Positions 47,307 through 56,339 of a DNA stretch of 64,000 nt are shown piece after piece. Origin of the DNA: an uncultured Candidatus Saccharibacteria bacterium (lineage in GTDB: Bacteria; Patescibacteriota; Saccharimonadia; Saccharimonadales; EFPC-124); the NCBI GenBank assembly GCA_964405095.1, contig CAYOML010000003.1, positions 11,072-75,071 of the forward strand. The letters run 5' to 3'. The notes beneath the pieces are model-generated. The model was given only the letters and a program-made list of their open reading frames with translations, searched no databases and had not been told where the DNA came from. Within the stretch, counting starts at the first letter, position 1; each line of letters starts with the position of its first letter. A program made the translations under genes and the position numbers.

Positions 47307-48125
47307 ATGACAGTCCCCACGATTTCGTTGAACAATGGCACCAGAATCCCGCAAGTTGGCTTGGGTACTTGGCAAGTGCGTGACCAAAATGAGTGCGAGC
47401 AGGCTGTTTTGGCAGCGCTCGAGGTCGGCTATCGCCATATCGACACGGCGCAGATTTATCAAAACGAAGAATTTGTGGGTGCGGCGGTGGCTAAAAGCGG
47501 GCTCAAGCGCGAAGACATATTTATAACCACCAAGATTTGGAATGGTAACCAGTGGCCAAGTAAAGTCGAGCCAAGTCTTGATGAGTCACTTCGCAAACTA
47601 CAAACTAATTATGTTGACTTGCTGCTTTTACACTGGCCGATTACCGGGCTGCGTGGCCCGGCCTGGCGCAAATTGGAACAAGTATTGGCGAAGGGCAAAG
47701 CTAGGGCTATTGGTGTTAGTAACTACACCATCAGGCATCTTAAAGAGTTACTTAAACATGCTACCGTAAAGCCCGTGTTAAATCAGGTCGAACTACATGT
47801 TTTTTTGCAACAACCCGAGCTAGTAGAGTTTTGTAAGCAAAACGATATCGTTGTCGAAGCCTATTCGCCACTGGCGCATGGCACAAATCTTGATGATCCG
47901 GTGCTCACGGAACTTGCCAAGAAGCACGCTAAAAATGTCCCACAAATCATGTTGCGCTGGTGTATACAGAATGGTTTGGTACCTATTCCAAAATCTACGC
48001 ACAAGGAACGGCTCGGGGAGAACATAGCGCTTTTCGACTTCGAACTCGACGCCAGCGACATGGCCAAGATAAAGGCGCTAGACCGCAACCTCCGCACCTG
48101 CGGCGACCCAACTCTTATGCCATAG
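47307..48125 (+). CDS. aldo/keto reductase (2,5-diketo-D-gluconate reductase-like)
   Basis: 272 aa. GLGTWQ; GYRHIDTAQIYQNE; LHWP; IPKS. Confidence 0.9.
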   Translation: MTVPTISLNNGTRIPQVGLGTWQVRDQNECEQAVLAALEVGYRHIDTAQIYQNEEFVGAAVAKSGLKREDIFITTKIWNGNQWPSKVEPSLDESLRKLQTNYVDLLLLHWPITGLRGPAWRKLEQVLAKGKARAIGVSNYTIRHLKELLKHATVKPVLNQVELHVFLQQPELVEFCKQNDIVVEAYSPLAHGTNLDDPVLTELAKKHAKNVPQIMLRWCIQNGLVPIPKSTHKERLGENIALFDFELDASDMAKIKALDRNLRTCGDPTLMP

Positions 48126-48146
48126 CGCCATGTTATACTGACGCTC

Positions 48147-48707
48147 ATGAAGGAAAATATCATTGCTTCTGGCAAAATGTTTGAGTTAGTGCAACTGCCG
48201 CAGCCGGATGGACGGGTATTTGAACTAGCACGTCGGGCACCTGGGGTAAGAGTAATAATTGCCGATAAGCCTAATAAAAAGGTATTGCTGACTAAAGAGT
48301 TACGACGTGAACTGACCACTGTGGATTTTCGCCTTCCAGGTGGCAAAGTTTTTGATACGCTCGATGAGTACGAAGCGTTCCGACAGAGTGGCAAAGACAT
48401 ACTCGAGCCCGCACACTCCAAGGCCAAGGCTGAGGCAGCCGAAGAAGCTGGCATGGCGATTGACGACGTAAAACTGTTCAAAAAATCGACTCTTGGCGCC
48501 ACGGTCGAATGGGATTTATACGTATTCGAAGCTACAAAATGGCACAAACATAAAGACGGCCAAAGGCTAGAAGCTGGTGAACAAGTCGAGCATGTTGGTT
48601 GGTACGCCTATGCCGAGGTTGAAAAGATGATTCTGGAGGGCCACATGCAGGAAGATCGCATTGCCCTCGTGCTACTAAAGTGGCTGCACCAACAACATGC
48701 CGAGTAA
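48147..48707 (+). CDS. NUDIX domain protein (Nudix box with insertion)
   Basis: 186 aa. LPGGKV..(insert)..AKAEAAEEAGM; ADP-ribose pyrophosphatase-like layout. Confidence 0.65.
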   Translation: MKENIIASGKMFELVQLPQPDGRVFELARRAPGVRVIIADKPNKKVLLTKELRRELTTVDFRLPGGKVFDTLDEYEAFRQSGKDILEPAHSKAKAEAAEEAGMAIDDVKLFKKSTLGATVEWDLYVFEATKWHKHKDGQRLEAGEQVEHVGWYAYAEVEKMILEGHMQEDRIALVLLKWLHQQHAE

Positions 48708-49122
48708 CTACGATACCGAAGCGGCTGGCGTTATATTGATTGACCCGGAGGGTAATGTGATTGCCCAGCTTCGTGATAACAAGCCAACCATCAATGAGCC
48801 TGGGTTAGCTTCGTTCTTTGGTGGTGCAATGGAACTCGGTGAATCACCCCTGCAAGGAGCATTACGCGAGCTTAGGGAAGAAACAAATCTGGATCTTGCA
48901 CCCAACGATCTACAACCCTTCACATCTGGCGTAGTATTACGTACTGTTGATGGTCAGCGTGAGCTACGTCACATATTCATTGCCAAAAACATCAACCCAA
49001 ATGGTCTGACGGTTTACGAGGGGCAGGGGATATATATTGTAAAAGATCGTAATGACCCATTAATTACACCCACCATGAAAGCCACGTTTGATAAGTGGTT
49101 CGACGAACGTGATGCCAACTAG
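48697..49122 (+). CDS. NUDIX hydrolase
   Basis: 141 aa. Nudix box GGAMELGESPLQGALRELREETNL. Confidence 0.8.
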   Translation: MPSNYDTEAAGVILIDPEGNVIAQLRDNKPTINEPGLASFFGGAMELGESPLQGALRELREETNLDLAPNDLQPFTSGVVLRTVDGQRELRHIFIAKNINPNGLTVYEGQGIYIVKDRNDPLITPTMKATFDKWFDERDAN

Positions 49123-49179
49123 CCGAGTAGTTTACGATTAATACGTGATATTTGCGGTTATATTTGATTTCTCATCAAA

Positions 49180-49201
49180 CTTATGCTATTATTAGCATAA
49201 G
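49180..49201. promoter_or_regulatory. perfect 9-bp palindrome (cttatgcta-ttat-tagcataag), possible operator or hairpin
   Basis: Located 26 nt upstream of the ATG at 49227, in an AT-rich spacer. Function unknown. Confidence 0.25.
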
Positions 49202-49226
49202 AAAAAATGTATACGGTAAAATAAAC

Positions 49227-49559
49227 ATGTCAGCAGAAGATTCTCCAAGACACCCAGAGCGCGATTCCGACGGCGAAACGAACCTTGATAGCCTGGCATC
49301 ACAATTGATGATAAGAGTACAAGAAGTAGTAGCTGTGCACCCCGTGCAAGATGTTAATGGTGCGGAGGTCCCATTTGGCTATGTCGTAGAACAGGTCACC
49401 ACGGCATTGGGGCAGGAATCCGATAATCAGTTTGATTGGGCAGAGTGTATAACATCTCCAGATGTGCGTGAAGCCGTAGTGGCGTTCATGAATGAGGTCC
49501 GCGCTAAGACTCCCGATCTAGATACTCACGATCTGGACCTCAAATTTCATAACGCTTAA
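49227..49559 (+). CDS. hypothetical acidic protein
   Basis: 110 aa from the internal ATG (MSAEDSPRHPERDS..). The upstream TTG-initiated part of ORF 49152..49559 is AT-rich and looks non-coding. Confidence 0.45.
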   Translation: MSAEDSPRHPERDSDGETNLDSLASQLMIRVQEVVAVHPVQDVNGAEVPFGYVVEQVTTALGQESDNQFDWAECITSPDVREAVVAFMNEVRAKTPDLDTHDLDLKFHNA

Positions 49560-49616
49560 GATACTACTCGCCTGACAGTGCGCTCACTACGCAGGTGGTT
49601 TAGAATAAGTACAGGT

Positions 49617-50066
49617 ATGGTCCGCGCTATAATTTTTGATTGCTTTGGAGTAATGTACCAGTCACCATCTGGGGACTATGTATCCGATCCCTCGCGGGAC
49701 AAGATTGCTCTTGGTCTGGTGCGTAACGAGGAACTTCTGGCCTACAGCCAAGAACTGCGAGCAAAATACAAAATTGGTGTGCTGTCTAATTGCCGGGCCG
49801 GTTTGTTTGAAGATTTTTTTAACGATATTGAGCGTCAGCAATTGTTTGACACAGTGGTTGTATCTAGCGAGGTGGGTATGGCCAAACCCCAACCCGAGAT
49901 ATTTTATTTGGTTTGTAAGCGACTTGGTATAAAACCCAACGAGGCAATATTGGTCGACGATACCCCTATGCATTGTGAGGCTGCTGCGAGCATCGGTATG
50001 CACGGTTTGGTGTATCAATCCAACCAGCAGATAAAACACGAGATCGATGATATAACAAACCGCTAA
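49617..50066 (+). CDS. HAD-superfamily hydrolase
   Basis: 149 aa from MVRAIIFDCFGV (motif I DxF variant), with LVDDTPMH (motif IV). Confidence 0.7.
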   Translation: MVRAIIFDCFGVMYQSPSGDYVSDPSRDKIALGLVRNEELLAYSQELRAKYKIGVLSNCRAGLFEDFFNDIERQQLFDTVVVSSEVGMAKPQPEIFYLVCKRLGIKPNEAILVDDTPMHCEAAASIGMHGLVYQSNQQIKHEIDDITNR

Positions 50067-50084
50067 CAACGGCCTACTCTAGGC

Positions 50085-50090
50085 TATACT
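50085..50090 (+). promoter_or_regulatory. -10 box (TATACT) 6 nt upstream of the fpg ATG
   Basis: TATACT-aacggt-ATG. Confidence 0.45.
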
Positions 50091-50096
50091 AACGGT

Positions 50097-50972
50097 ATGC
50101 CCGAACTACCCGAGGTTGAAACAATTCGTAGTGGCCTGGCGAAGCTTTTGCCTGGCCGAGTTGTTATAAGCGAGACTCACGATTGGCCCAAGGGCTTCCC
50201 AAACTCACCCGAGGATGTGAAGCATTTTTTGATTGGTTCTGAAGTCCTGAGAGTGCGTCGCAGGGCGAAAGTACTCGTTGTCGATCTGTCCAGCCTGTAT
50301 AGTTTAGTTGTTCATTTAAAGATGACTGGGCAGTTGGTGTTCCATGGTGGTGAGGTTCGCTTTGGTGCTGGGCACCCCAGCGATAGTCTAATTGGCGACT
50401 TACCCGACAAGTCAACGCGCGTTACTTTAACCTTTAAAGACGATGGCCGATTATTTTTTAACGACCAACGTAAGTTTGGGTGGATGCGGCTTCTGCCTAC
50501 AGCCGAGGTCGAAGAACTGGATTTCTTTAAAAAAGTTGGCCCCGAACCACTGGCTGCCGATTTTACCGCCGAAGACTTTGCCACACGTCTGAAGCGGCGC
50601 GCAAAATCTGGTATCAAAGCAGTTTTGATTGACCAAACTATAGTCGCAGGTGTTGGCAACATTTACGCCGACGAAAGTCTGTGGGCGGCCAAAATCCACC
50701 CCGAACTGCGGGTACAAGATATCTCGAGTGCGAAAATGAACGTACTTTATCAGGAACTACGCAGGATCCTGCAGCTTGCTATCAAAAAAGGCGGTTCAAC
50801 AGATAGAAATTACGTCAACCACGAAGGTAAAAAGGGCAGCTACTTAACCTTTGCGAATGTCTTTAGACGTGAGGGCCGGCCCTGTCCGCGTTGTGGCACA
50901 ACAATAATCAAGTTGCGCGTTGCTGGCCGCGGTACACACATTTGCCCGTATTGCCAAAAGGTAAAATCATGA
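50097..50972 (+). CDS. mutM: formamidopyrimidine-DNA glycosylase
   Basis: 291 aa. N-terminal MPELPEVE and the C-terminal zinc finger CPRCG..CPYCQ. Confidence 0.93.
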   Translation: MPELPEVETIRSGLAKLLPGRVVISETHDWPKGFPNSPEDVKHFLIGSEVLRVRRRAKVLVVDLSSLYSLVVHLKMTGQLVFHGGEVRFGAGHPSDSLIGDLPDKSTRVTLTFKDDGRLFFNDQRKFGWMRLLPTAEVEELDFFKKVGPEPLAADFTAEDFATRLKRRAKSGIKAVLIDQTIVAGVGNIYADESLWAAKIHPELRVQDISSAKMNVLYQELRRILQLAIKKGGSTDRNYVNHEGKKGSYLTFANVFRREGRPCPRCGTTIIKLRVAGRGTHICPYCQKVKS

Positions 50973-51403
50973 AAATTAGAGTAATCAACAAATCTAAACA
51001 CCCGTTGCCGAACCATGAAACGTCTTATGCTGCAGCCATAGATATTAGGGCCGATCTAGATCAGCCTATCAAGCTAAAACCAATGCAGCGTGCACTTATC
51101 CCAACTGGTCTTTATGTGGCGTTGCCCCAGGGTTATGAAGCGCAAATTAGGCCGCGTAGCGGACTGGCGCTTAAACATGGTATTAGCATAGTTAATGCTC
51201 CAGGCACAATCGACGCCGACTACCGCGGCGAGTGGGGGATACTGCTAATTAACCTCGGTGCCGAAGATTTTGTAGTTAACGACGGCGATCGCATTGCCCA
51301 AGCGGTTATCGCCAAACACGAAACTGTGCAGTGGCAGGAAGTAGAAGATCTAGATGAGACGGATCGCAAAGGCGGCGGTTTTGGCAGCACCGGCAGCAAC
51401 TAA
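50969..51403 (+). CDS. dut: dUTP diphosphatase
   Basis: 144 aa from MKIRVINKS, with an ATGA overlap with the fpg stop. AAIDIRA; [10 protein letters not shown]; RKGGFGSTG. Confidence 0.92.
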   Translation: MKIRVINKSKHPLPNHETSYAAAIDIRADLDQPIKLKPMQRALIPTGLYVALPQGYEAQIRPRSGLALKHGISIVNAPGTIDADYRGEWGILLINLGAEDFVVNDGDRIAQAVIAKHETVQWQEVEDLDETDRKGGGFGSTGSN

Positions 51404-51420
51404 CTGCTAAAATAAAACTA

Positions 51421-52341
51421 ATGATACTAACACTGGCAGGGGACAACACATTTGCAATTTTTCAGACCGAACACAATCTGGTGGATCAGTTTGTGACTAA
51501 ATTTGGCGTGCACGGTGTCGAACGAGTGGACGGCGAAAACTACGACCCCGCGCAGCTTTCGCAGTTGTTGCAAGGTGCGTCGCTGTTTGCTGCCGAGCGT
51601 TTAATTGTATTAAAAAACGCGGCTTCTAACAAGCCGCTCTGGGAGGCATTGGCCGACTGGGCCGAAAAGGTACCGGCCGAAACAACATTAGTTGTAGTCG
51701 AACCTCAGCCAGATAAACGAACCCGAACCTATAAAGTACTCAAGGGCAAGACCGATTTTAAGGAGTTCACGCTGCCCGGCGATACCGAACTTGCCAGATG
51801 GGCGCAAGCTAGGGCCAAAGATCTCGGCGCCTCGTTAAGTGCTACAGACGCCATGTATTTAGTTGAGCGCACAGGGCGAGACCAGTGGCGGATGAGCCAT
51901 GAGCTAGAAAAACTTGCCAACTTCCAGCCCGACATTACCAAACAAGCAATTGATACCCTGGTAGAGCCGAGCCCGGAGGGTACGGCTTTTGAACTACTGG
52001 ACGCCGCTCTGGCTGGTAATACTTTAGGCGTTACAACGCTCATCCGAAACCTAAAAGCCGAAGAAGACCCCTATAAACTATTTGGCCTACTAGCCAGCCA
52101 GGTGCATACCTTGGCGGTAGTTAGTGTGGCTGGCACGCGTAGTTCTGACCAGATAGCCAAAGATGCTGGGCTGCATCCTTTTGTGGTGCGTAAAACTCAG
52201 TCGGTCGCTAAACGCCTTGGCCCAGCTAAAATACGCCAGATCACAAAAGACGTTGCTCTTTGCGATTATCAGCTTAAAAGCACTGGCGCTGATCCCTGGC
52301 AACTGATTGCCACGTGCCTGCAAAAAATTGCAGCCGACTAA
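51421..52341 (+). CDS. holA: DNA polymerase III subunit delta
   Basis: 306 aa. LFAAERLIVLKNA and a C-terminal helical domain typical of HolA. Confidence 0.75.
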   Translation: MILTLAGDNTFAIFQTEHNLVDQFVTKFGVHGVERVDGENYDPAQLSQLLQGASLFAAERLIVLKNAASNKPLWEALADWAEKVPAETTLVVVEPQPDKRTRTYKVLKGKTDFKEFTLPGDTELARWAQARAKDLGASLSATDAMYLVERTGRDQWRMSHELEKLANFQPDITKQAIDTLVEPSPEGTAFELLDAALAGNTLGVTTLIRNLKAEEDPYKLFGLLASQVHTLAVVSVAGTRSSDQIAKDAGLHPFVVRKTQSVAKRLGPAKIRQITKDVALCDYQLKSTGADPWQLIATCLQKIAAD

Positions 52342-52355
52342 TCATACTTTGCCAT

Positions 52356-52383
52356 AAAAAAAACAGCCCCCTTTGCGGGGCTG
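52356..52383 (-). terminator. intrinsic terminator of rpsT (also faces the holA 3' end)
   Basis: Stem cagcccc/ggggctg with a 6-nt loop. On the minus strand it is followed by an 8-nt T-run. Confidence 0.75.
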
Positions 52384-52388
52384 ACTTG

Positions 52389-52751
52389 TTATTCGGCGGT
52401 TTTTTTGGTGCCGGGCTTTTTGGCAGGTGCCTTCTTGGCCGGAGCTTTCTTTGTGGCTGCTGGTTTAGTAGCTTTTGGAACAGCTTTCTTGGCGGTTGCC
52501 ACAACTTTAACCCCAGCCTCTTTGGCAGCTTTAGCTAGTTGAGCTTTCTTACGGGCAGCCGTGTTCTTGGGCATCAAGTTTTTCTTAACAGCCTTGTCGA
52601 TTTCGGACTGGGCTTTACTAAGATTAACCCCGGTCATTTTAGCGGTAAAGGCTTTAACCGCGGACTTCAAACCGCGTTTGGTCTGTTGATTGCGCGCCTT
52701 GGCTTTGGTAGCCTGGTGCATGCGTTTGATAGCTGACTTGATAATTGGCAT
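52389..52751 (-). CDS. rpsT: 30S ribosomal protein S20 with Lys/Ala-rich C-terminal extension
   Basis: 120 aa. MPIIKSAIKRMHQATKAKARN S20 N-terminus, then a tail AKKAVPKATKPAATKKAPAKKAPAKKPGTKKTAE. Confidence 0.9.
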   Translation of the reverse strand: MPIIKSAIKRMHQATKAKARNQQTKRGLKSAVKAFTAKMTGVNLSKAQSEIDKAVKKNLMPKNTAARKKAQLAKAAKEAGVKVVATAKKAVPKATKPAATKKAPAKKAPAKKPGTKKTAE

Positions 52752-52828
52752 AAAAACTCTCGTTAATTGATCTTTAATTCAAGTGGTGACTATAGCTGAT
52801 TTAGTTAGATCTGTAAAGAGGTGTGAAA

Positions 52829-52934
52829 CCGAAACGAGACATAAGCGATTGTCTCAGGCCGCCGACATCGACAAAAGTCGATGCTCGGCATGCGGGAAGC
52901 ATAGCCTTCGTCAATCACTTATGTCTCGTTTCGG
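52829..52934 (+). repeat. family A element, copy A3 (complete)
   Basis: 23-nt arms ccgaaacgagacataagcgattg / caatcacttatgtctcgtttcgg (one C-A mismatch) enclose a 60-nt core that is near-identical to A1 and A2. Confidence 0.85.
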
Positions 52935-53071
52935 CTGGCGCAAACACTATGCCAGTATGGAGAACTCTAGTACCAAACTGTTAGAATTGTGGATAACTTT
53001 CTTGCAGAGGTTAACTGCTTATGCTACAGTAAACCCAAAGTCTACTAAAAAACAAAAAGGCTAAAAACACC

Positions 53072-55078
53072 ATGCAGCCAGACACGTCGAATGCCAAGCA
53101 GCTCATTATTGAGCGAGTTCGTCAGGCGACGAGTATTTTGATTGCGGTCAGTACCGATCCGTCGGTTGATGCTTTATCTGGGGCACTTGCTCTGGCGCTA
53201 ATGCTCAATAAAATGGATAAGCACGCAACAGCGGTGTTTAGCGGTAAAATGCCGCCGGCCATGGAATTTTTGGGTGCCAGTAAAACCTTCGAGAGCACAG
53301 TTAATTCGCTCCGCGACTTTATAATTTCGCTTGACAAAGAAAAAGCCGACCGTCTGCGTTACAAAGTCGAGAATGACGTAGTACGTATTTTTATCACACC
53401 GTACAAAACAACCATCACCGAAAAAGACCTGCAATTTAGCCAAGGAGATTTTAACGTCGAACTCATAATTGCACTTGGTGTCGAGAAGCGTGAAGACCTC
53501 GACAAAGCGATTGTCGCTCACGGCCGCATTCTGCATGATGCAACGGTAGTTACAATCAATCCTGGCACTCAAACTAGCAATCTCGGCGTTGCCGACTGGC
53601 ATGACACTGCTGCTAGTAGCTTATGTGAAATGCTACTTAGCATGTCCGAGTCGTTCCAGCAGCCAGGCCTACTGGACGCACAAATTGCTACGTCTTTGCT
53701 GACTGGTATTGTTGCTGCCACCGAACGCTTTAGTAACCAAAAGACCAACCCTAAAGTCATGACGATGGCCGCCCAACTAATGGCGGCTGGAGCTAACCAA
53801 CAGCTAATTGCTACTAATCTTGGTAAGGTGCAGACGTTGACGGCCCCAGGGGAAGTCGCTGCTACCGGCGATCTAGTACCAGGCGCCGAATCTGTCAAAG
53901 TGCTCGAGCCTGAGGCGCCTCCTGCTAAAGATGGCGAACTTGATATAACACATAAGAAAAAGACGCCTACTGCCCAGCCAGAACCTCAAACTAAAGCAGA
54001 AGAAGAGCTGGCGGCCGCCTTACCGCAAATTAACGCTGGACCAACGTTTGAAAAACTCAAAACGGCTCTTAATGAAGAATCGAAGGCCGAAGAACCGAAG
54101 ATTGCGCCATTCCTGCAACCAACCAAAGAAACCGAAACTCCAGGCAGCGCAGCAGTGGATATGACGGCACCCGATGAAGACAACTCGGTTACAGAAGGCC
54201 AGCCTTATTTAGCGGGCTCCGGCTCATGGCGTGAGAAACGTCTCGGGGCACCAGAGTTGGGTGGCACACTTAACGCGACGGCCGAGCAGGCAGAAGAAGA
54301 AACCAAGAAATCAGAGGATGAAGATCGCAATAAGATGTTGTTAACGCATCCTGACAAGCCAGGTGGTAACACACCAGCCACATCGCTACCACCGACGCTT
54401 ACACCAGTTAACGAACCGCCGGCCGTACCCGTTGTATTAACACCCGGGTTGCCTACCGAAGCTGAGACACCAGCCATGCCGCCGCTACCGGTAGTAGAAC
54501 CTGGCGACACAGCTCCTTTTCCTCCGTTACCGCCAGCCATGCCGCCGACCCAGCCAACAATAGCACCTGCGCCGGAACCGATCGTTCCAACACCACAACC
54601 ACTTGCGCCAACACTCACACCTGAGCCGCCTGTTATACCAACGCCCGTGCCACCAACCACACCTCCCCTGATACCAGAACCCACACCAATTGAACCACCA
54701 GCTCTGTCACCTGATCTTGACGCTGCTCGTCAAGCAGTCGATGCTGCCCTTGGTTCGCAACCCTTTAATCCTGCTAATGAACCAATGACATCTATCGGGG
54801 CAATGCCACTGGGTGGACCATTAAACCCGCCAGTATCAACAGGGCCACTTCCGACTATATCTACTGGCACTACTCCGGAACCGCTGCCACCATTGCCGCC
54901 AGTGTTGCCACCATCACCCTTGCCAGATTTGGGCGGTCCTTTGCCACTCCCACCTAGCCTCACAGACGTACCTCCGACTCCTCCTGGTTTAGTGCCACCC
55001 CCGCCAGTTGTACCACCGCCCGAACCCACACCACCAGCATCAAACGATCCCGGACAGTTCAAAATTCCTGGTCAGTAG
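53072..55078 (+). CDS. DHH-fold domain protein with degenerate catalytic motifs, fused to a long proline-rich C-terminal region
   Basis: 668 aa. The N-terminal ~250 aa are collinear with NrnA-type DHH domains, but motif I is STDPSVDALSG (family pattern HxxPDGDAxGS) and motif III is TINPG (family pattern IDHH). The C-terminal ~330 aa are P/T/E-rich. Confidence 0.6.
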   Translation: MQPDTSNAKQLIIERVRQATSILIAVSTDPSVDALSGALALALMLNKMDKHATAVFSGKMPPAMEFLGASKTFESTVNSLRDFIISLDKEKADRLRYKVENDVVRIFITPYKTTITEKDLQFSQGDFNVELIIALGVEKREDLDKAIVAHGRILHDATVVTINPGTQTSNLGVADWHDTAASSLCEMLLSMSESFQQPGLLDAQIATSLLTGIVAATERFSNQKTNPKVMTMAAQLMAAGANQQLIATNLGKVQTLTAPGEVAATGDLVPGAESVKVLEPEAPPAKDGELDITHKKKTPTAQPEPQTKAEEELAAALPQINAGPTFEKLKTALNEESKAEEPKIAPFLQPTKETETPGSAAVDMTAPDEDNSVTEGQPYLAGSGSWREKRLGAPELGGTLNATAEQAEEETKKSEDEDRNKMLLTHPDKPGGNTPATSLPPTLTPVNEPPAVPVVLTPGLPTEAETPAMPPLPVVEPGDTAPFPPLPPAMPPTQPTIAPAPEPIVPTPQPLAPTLTPEPPVIPTPVPPTTPPLIPEPTPIEPPALSPDLDAARQAVDAALGSQPFNPANEPMTSIGAMPLGGPLNPPVSTGPLPTISTGTTPEPLPPLPPVLPPSPLPDLGGPLPLPPSLTDVPPTPPGLVPPPPVVPPPEPTPPASNDPGQFKIPGQ

Positions 55079-55092
55079 AGTAGAGTTAGGGG

Positions 55093-55767
55093 ATGCAAAA
55101 TCCCTCTGGCTTGGTATTAATCGACAAACCCTCTGGTATATCTAGTTTTGGCGTGGTTGCTCGTGTGCGTCGTCAACTCAGTCAGGTTGCCGGTAAGAAA
55201 GTCAAAGTCGGCCACACTGGCACGCTTGACCCATTTGCTACTGGCCTGATGATTATTGTGGTTGGTGATTACTGCAAACGTGCTGGCGAGTTCAGTAAGC
55301 TAGATAAAACCTACGAAGCCACAATGCACCTAGGCCAAACCAGTAGCACTGGTGACCCTGAGGGTACAATAACAGATGTATCGAGTCGCCAGCCGAGCCG
55401 CGACGAGTTAGGCAAGGCATTAAGAAAATTCCACGGTGTTATACAACAAACACCACCAGTCTACAGCGCTATAAAAATCGGCGGACAGCGAGCCTACAAG
55501 TTGGCCCGCGCCGGCAAATATGTTGAAATGCCAACCCGGACAGTTACTGTTTCGCGCCTTGAACTGTTAGATTATACTTATCCAGATATAAAGATCGTTT
55601 GTGATGTATCGAGTGGTACCTACATTCGCACATTAGTCGAAGATATTGGTCAAAAACTAGGCACTGGCGCCTATACAACCACTCTACGCCGTACCACAAT
55701 TGGCAAGTGGCGCATTCAAGAAGCTATAACTCTCGAAGACCAGCACTACACACTGATAAACCCATGA
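55093..55767 (+). CDS. truB: tRNA pseudouridine(55) synthase
   Basis: 224 aa. GLVLIDKPSGISS; catalytic GHTGTLDP. Confidence 0.93.
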   Translation: MQNPSGLVLIDKPSGISSFGVVARVRRQLSQVAGKKVKVGHTGTLDPFATGLMIIVVGDYCKRAGEFSKLDKTYEATMHLGQTSSTGDPEGTITDVSSRQPSRDELGKALRKFHGVIQQTPPVYSAIKIGGQRAYKLARAGKYVEMPTRTVTVSRLELLDYTYPDIKIVCDVSSGTYIRTLVEDIGQKLGTGAYTTTLRRTTIGKWRIQEAITLEDQHYTLINP

Positions 55768-56315
55768 CTAATTCTAATCCTCGATCTGGCGAAAGCCGCG
55801 AACACGTACCTGCAATGCAGACATCTGTTGCAACTTTGCACACCAACGCTCAGCATCTAATCGACGCACTAGGCCCATCGGAGCCATGGCCAACTGATGG
55901 CCCGCATGATAGGCGTTTTGACTTCTCGCCGCGAGCTATAGCGGCCGCAGGTTTTGAACCGTACGACAAATTATGGCTTACAGATGTGATGCCGTTTGAA
56001 GACCCAGATGACGATGCAAGTCTGATAGGTGCGCGGGTTACCGTGTGGCTCGACAGTGATGATGGGGAATCACACTATACACGCGATACATCTTTGGTAC
56101 AGGGCGCTGACGGAGCCATAAAGGCTGATAAACCAGATGAGCGTGCTGTGCCTTCCGACCCAACCCAAAGAGCCCTTACAGATCCAACACTGGATCTACT
56201 GAACGCTATTTTGGGTACTGAGGGTACCCGTGGGCCTACTTTCTTCAGCCAAGCCGAATGCGATAAATGGTTACGCCTTATTCAGGTCGAGCTTGAGCTG
56301 CAAGGAATGGCCTGA
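55764..56315 (+). CDS. hypothetical protein
   Basis: 183 aa from MTNSNPRS, with an ATGA overlap with the truB stop. Asp-rich; no family recognised. Confidence 0.45.
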   Translation: MTNSNPRSGESREHVPAMQTSVATLHTNAQHLIDALGPSEPWPTDGPHDRRFDFSPRAIAAAGFEPYDKLWLTDVMPFEDPDDDASLIGARVTVWLDSDDGESHYTRDTSLVQGADGAIKADKPDERAVPSDPTQRALTDPTLDLLNAILGTEGTRGPTFFSQAECDKWLRLIQVELELQGMA

Positions 56316-56339
56316 ACCAAAGCGGCATTCTCCACAACC

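Noticed and set aside
52783-53064. ORF 52783..53064 (93 aa) and the conserved frame through the family A core (SQAA-IDKSRC-ACGK-SL)
   Set aside because: The differences between the three copies in that frame are almost all non-synonymous (D/N/A, S/L, H/Y, R/C). There is no shared start codon, and the frame ends at different points. RNA or DNA structure explains the conservation better.
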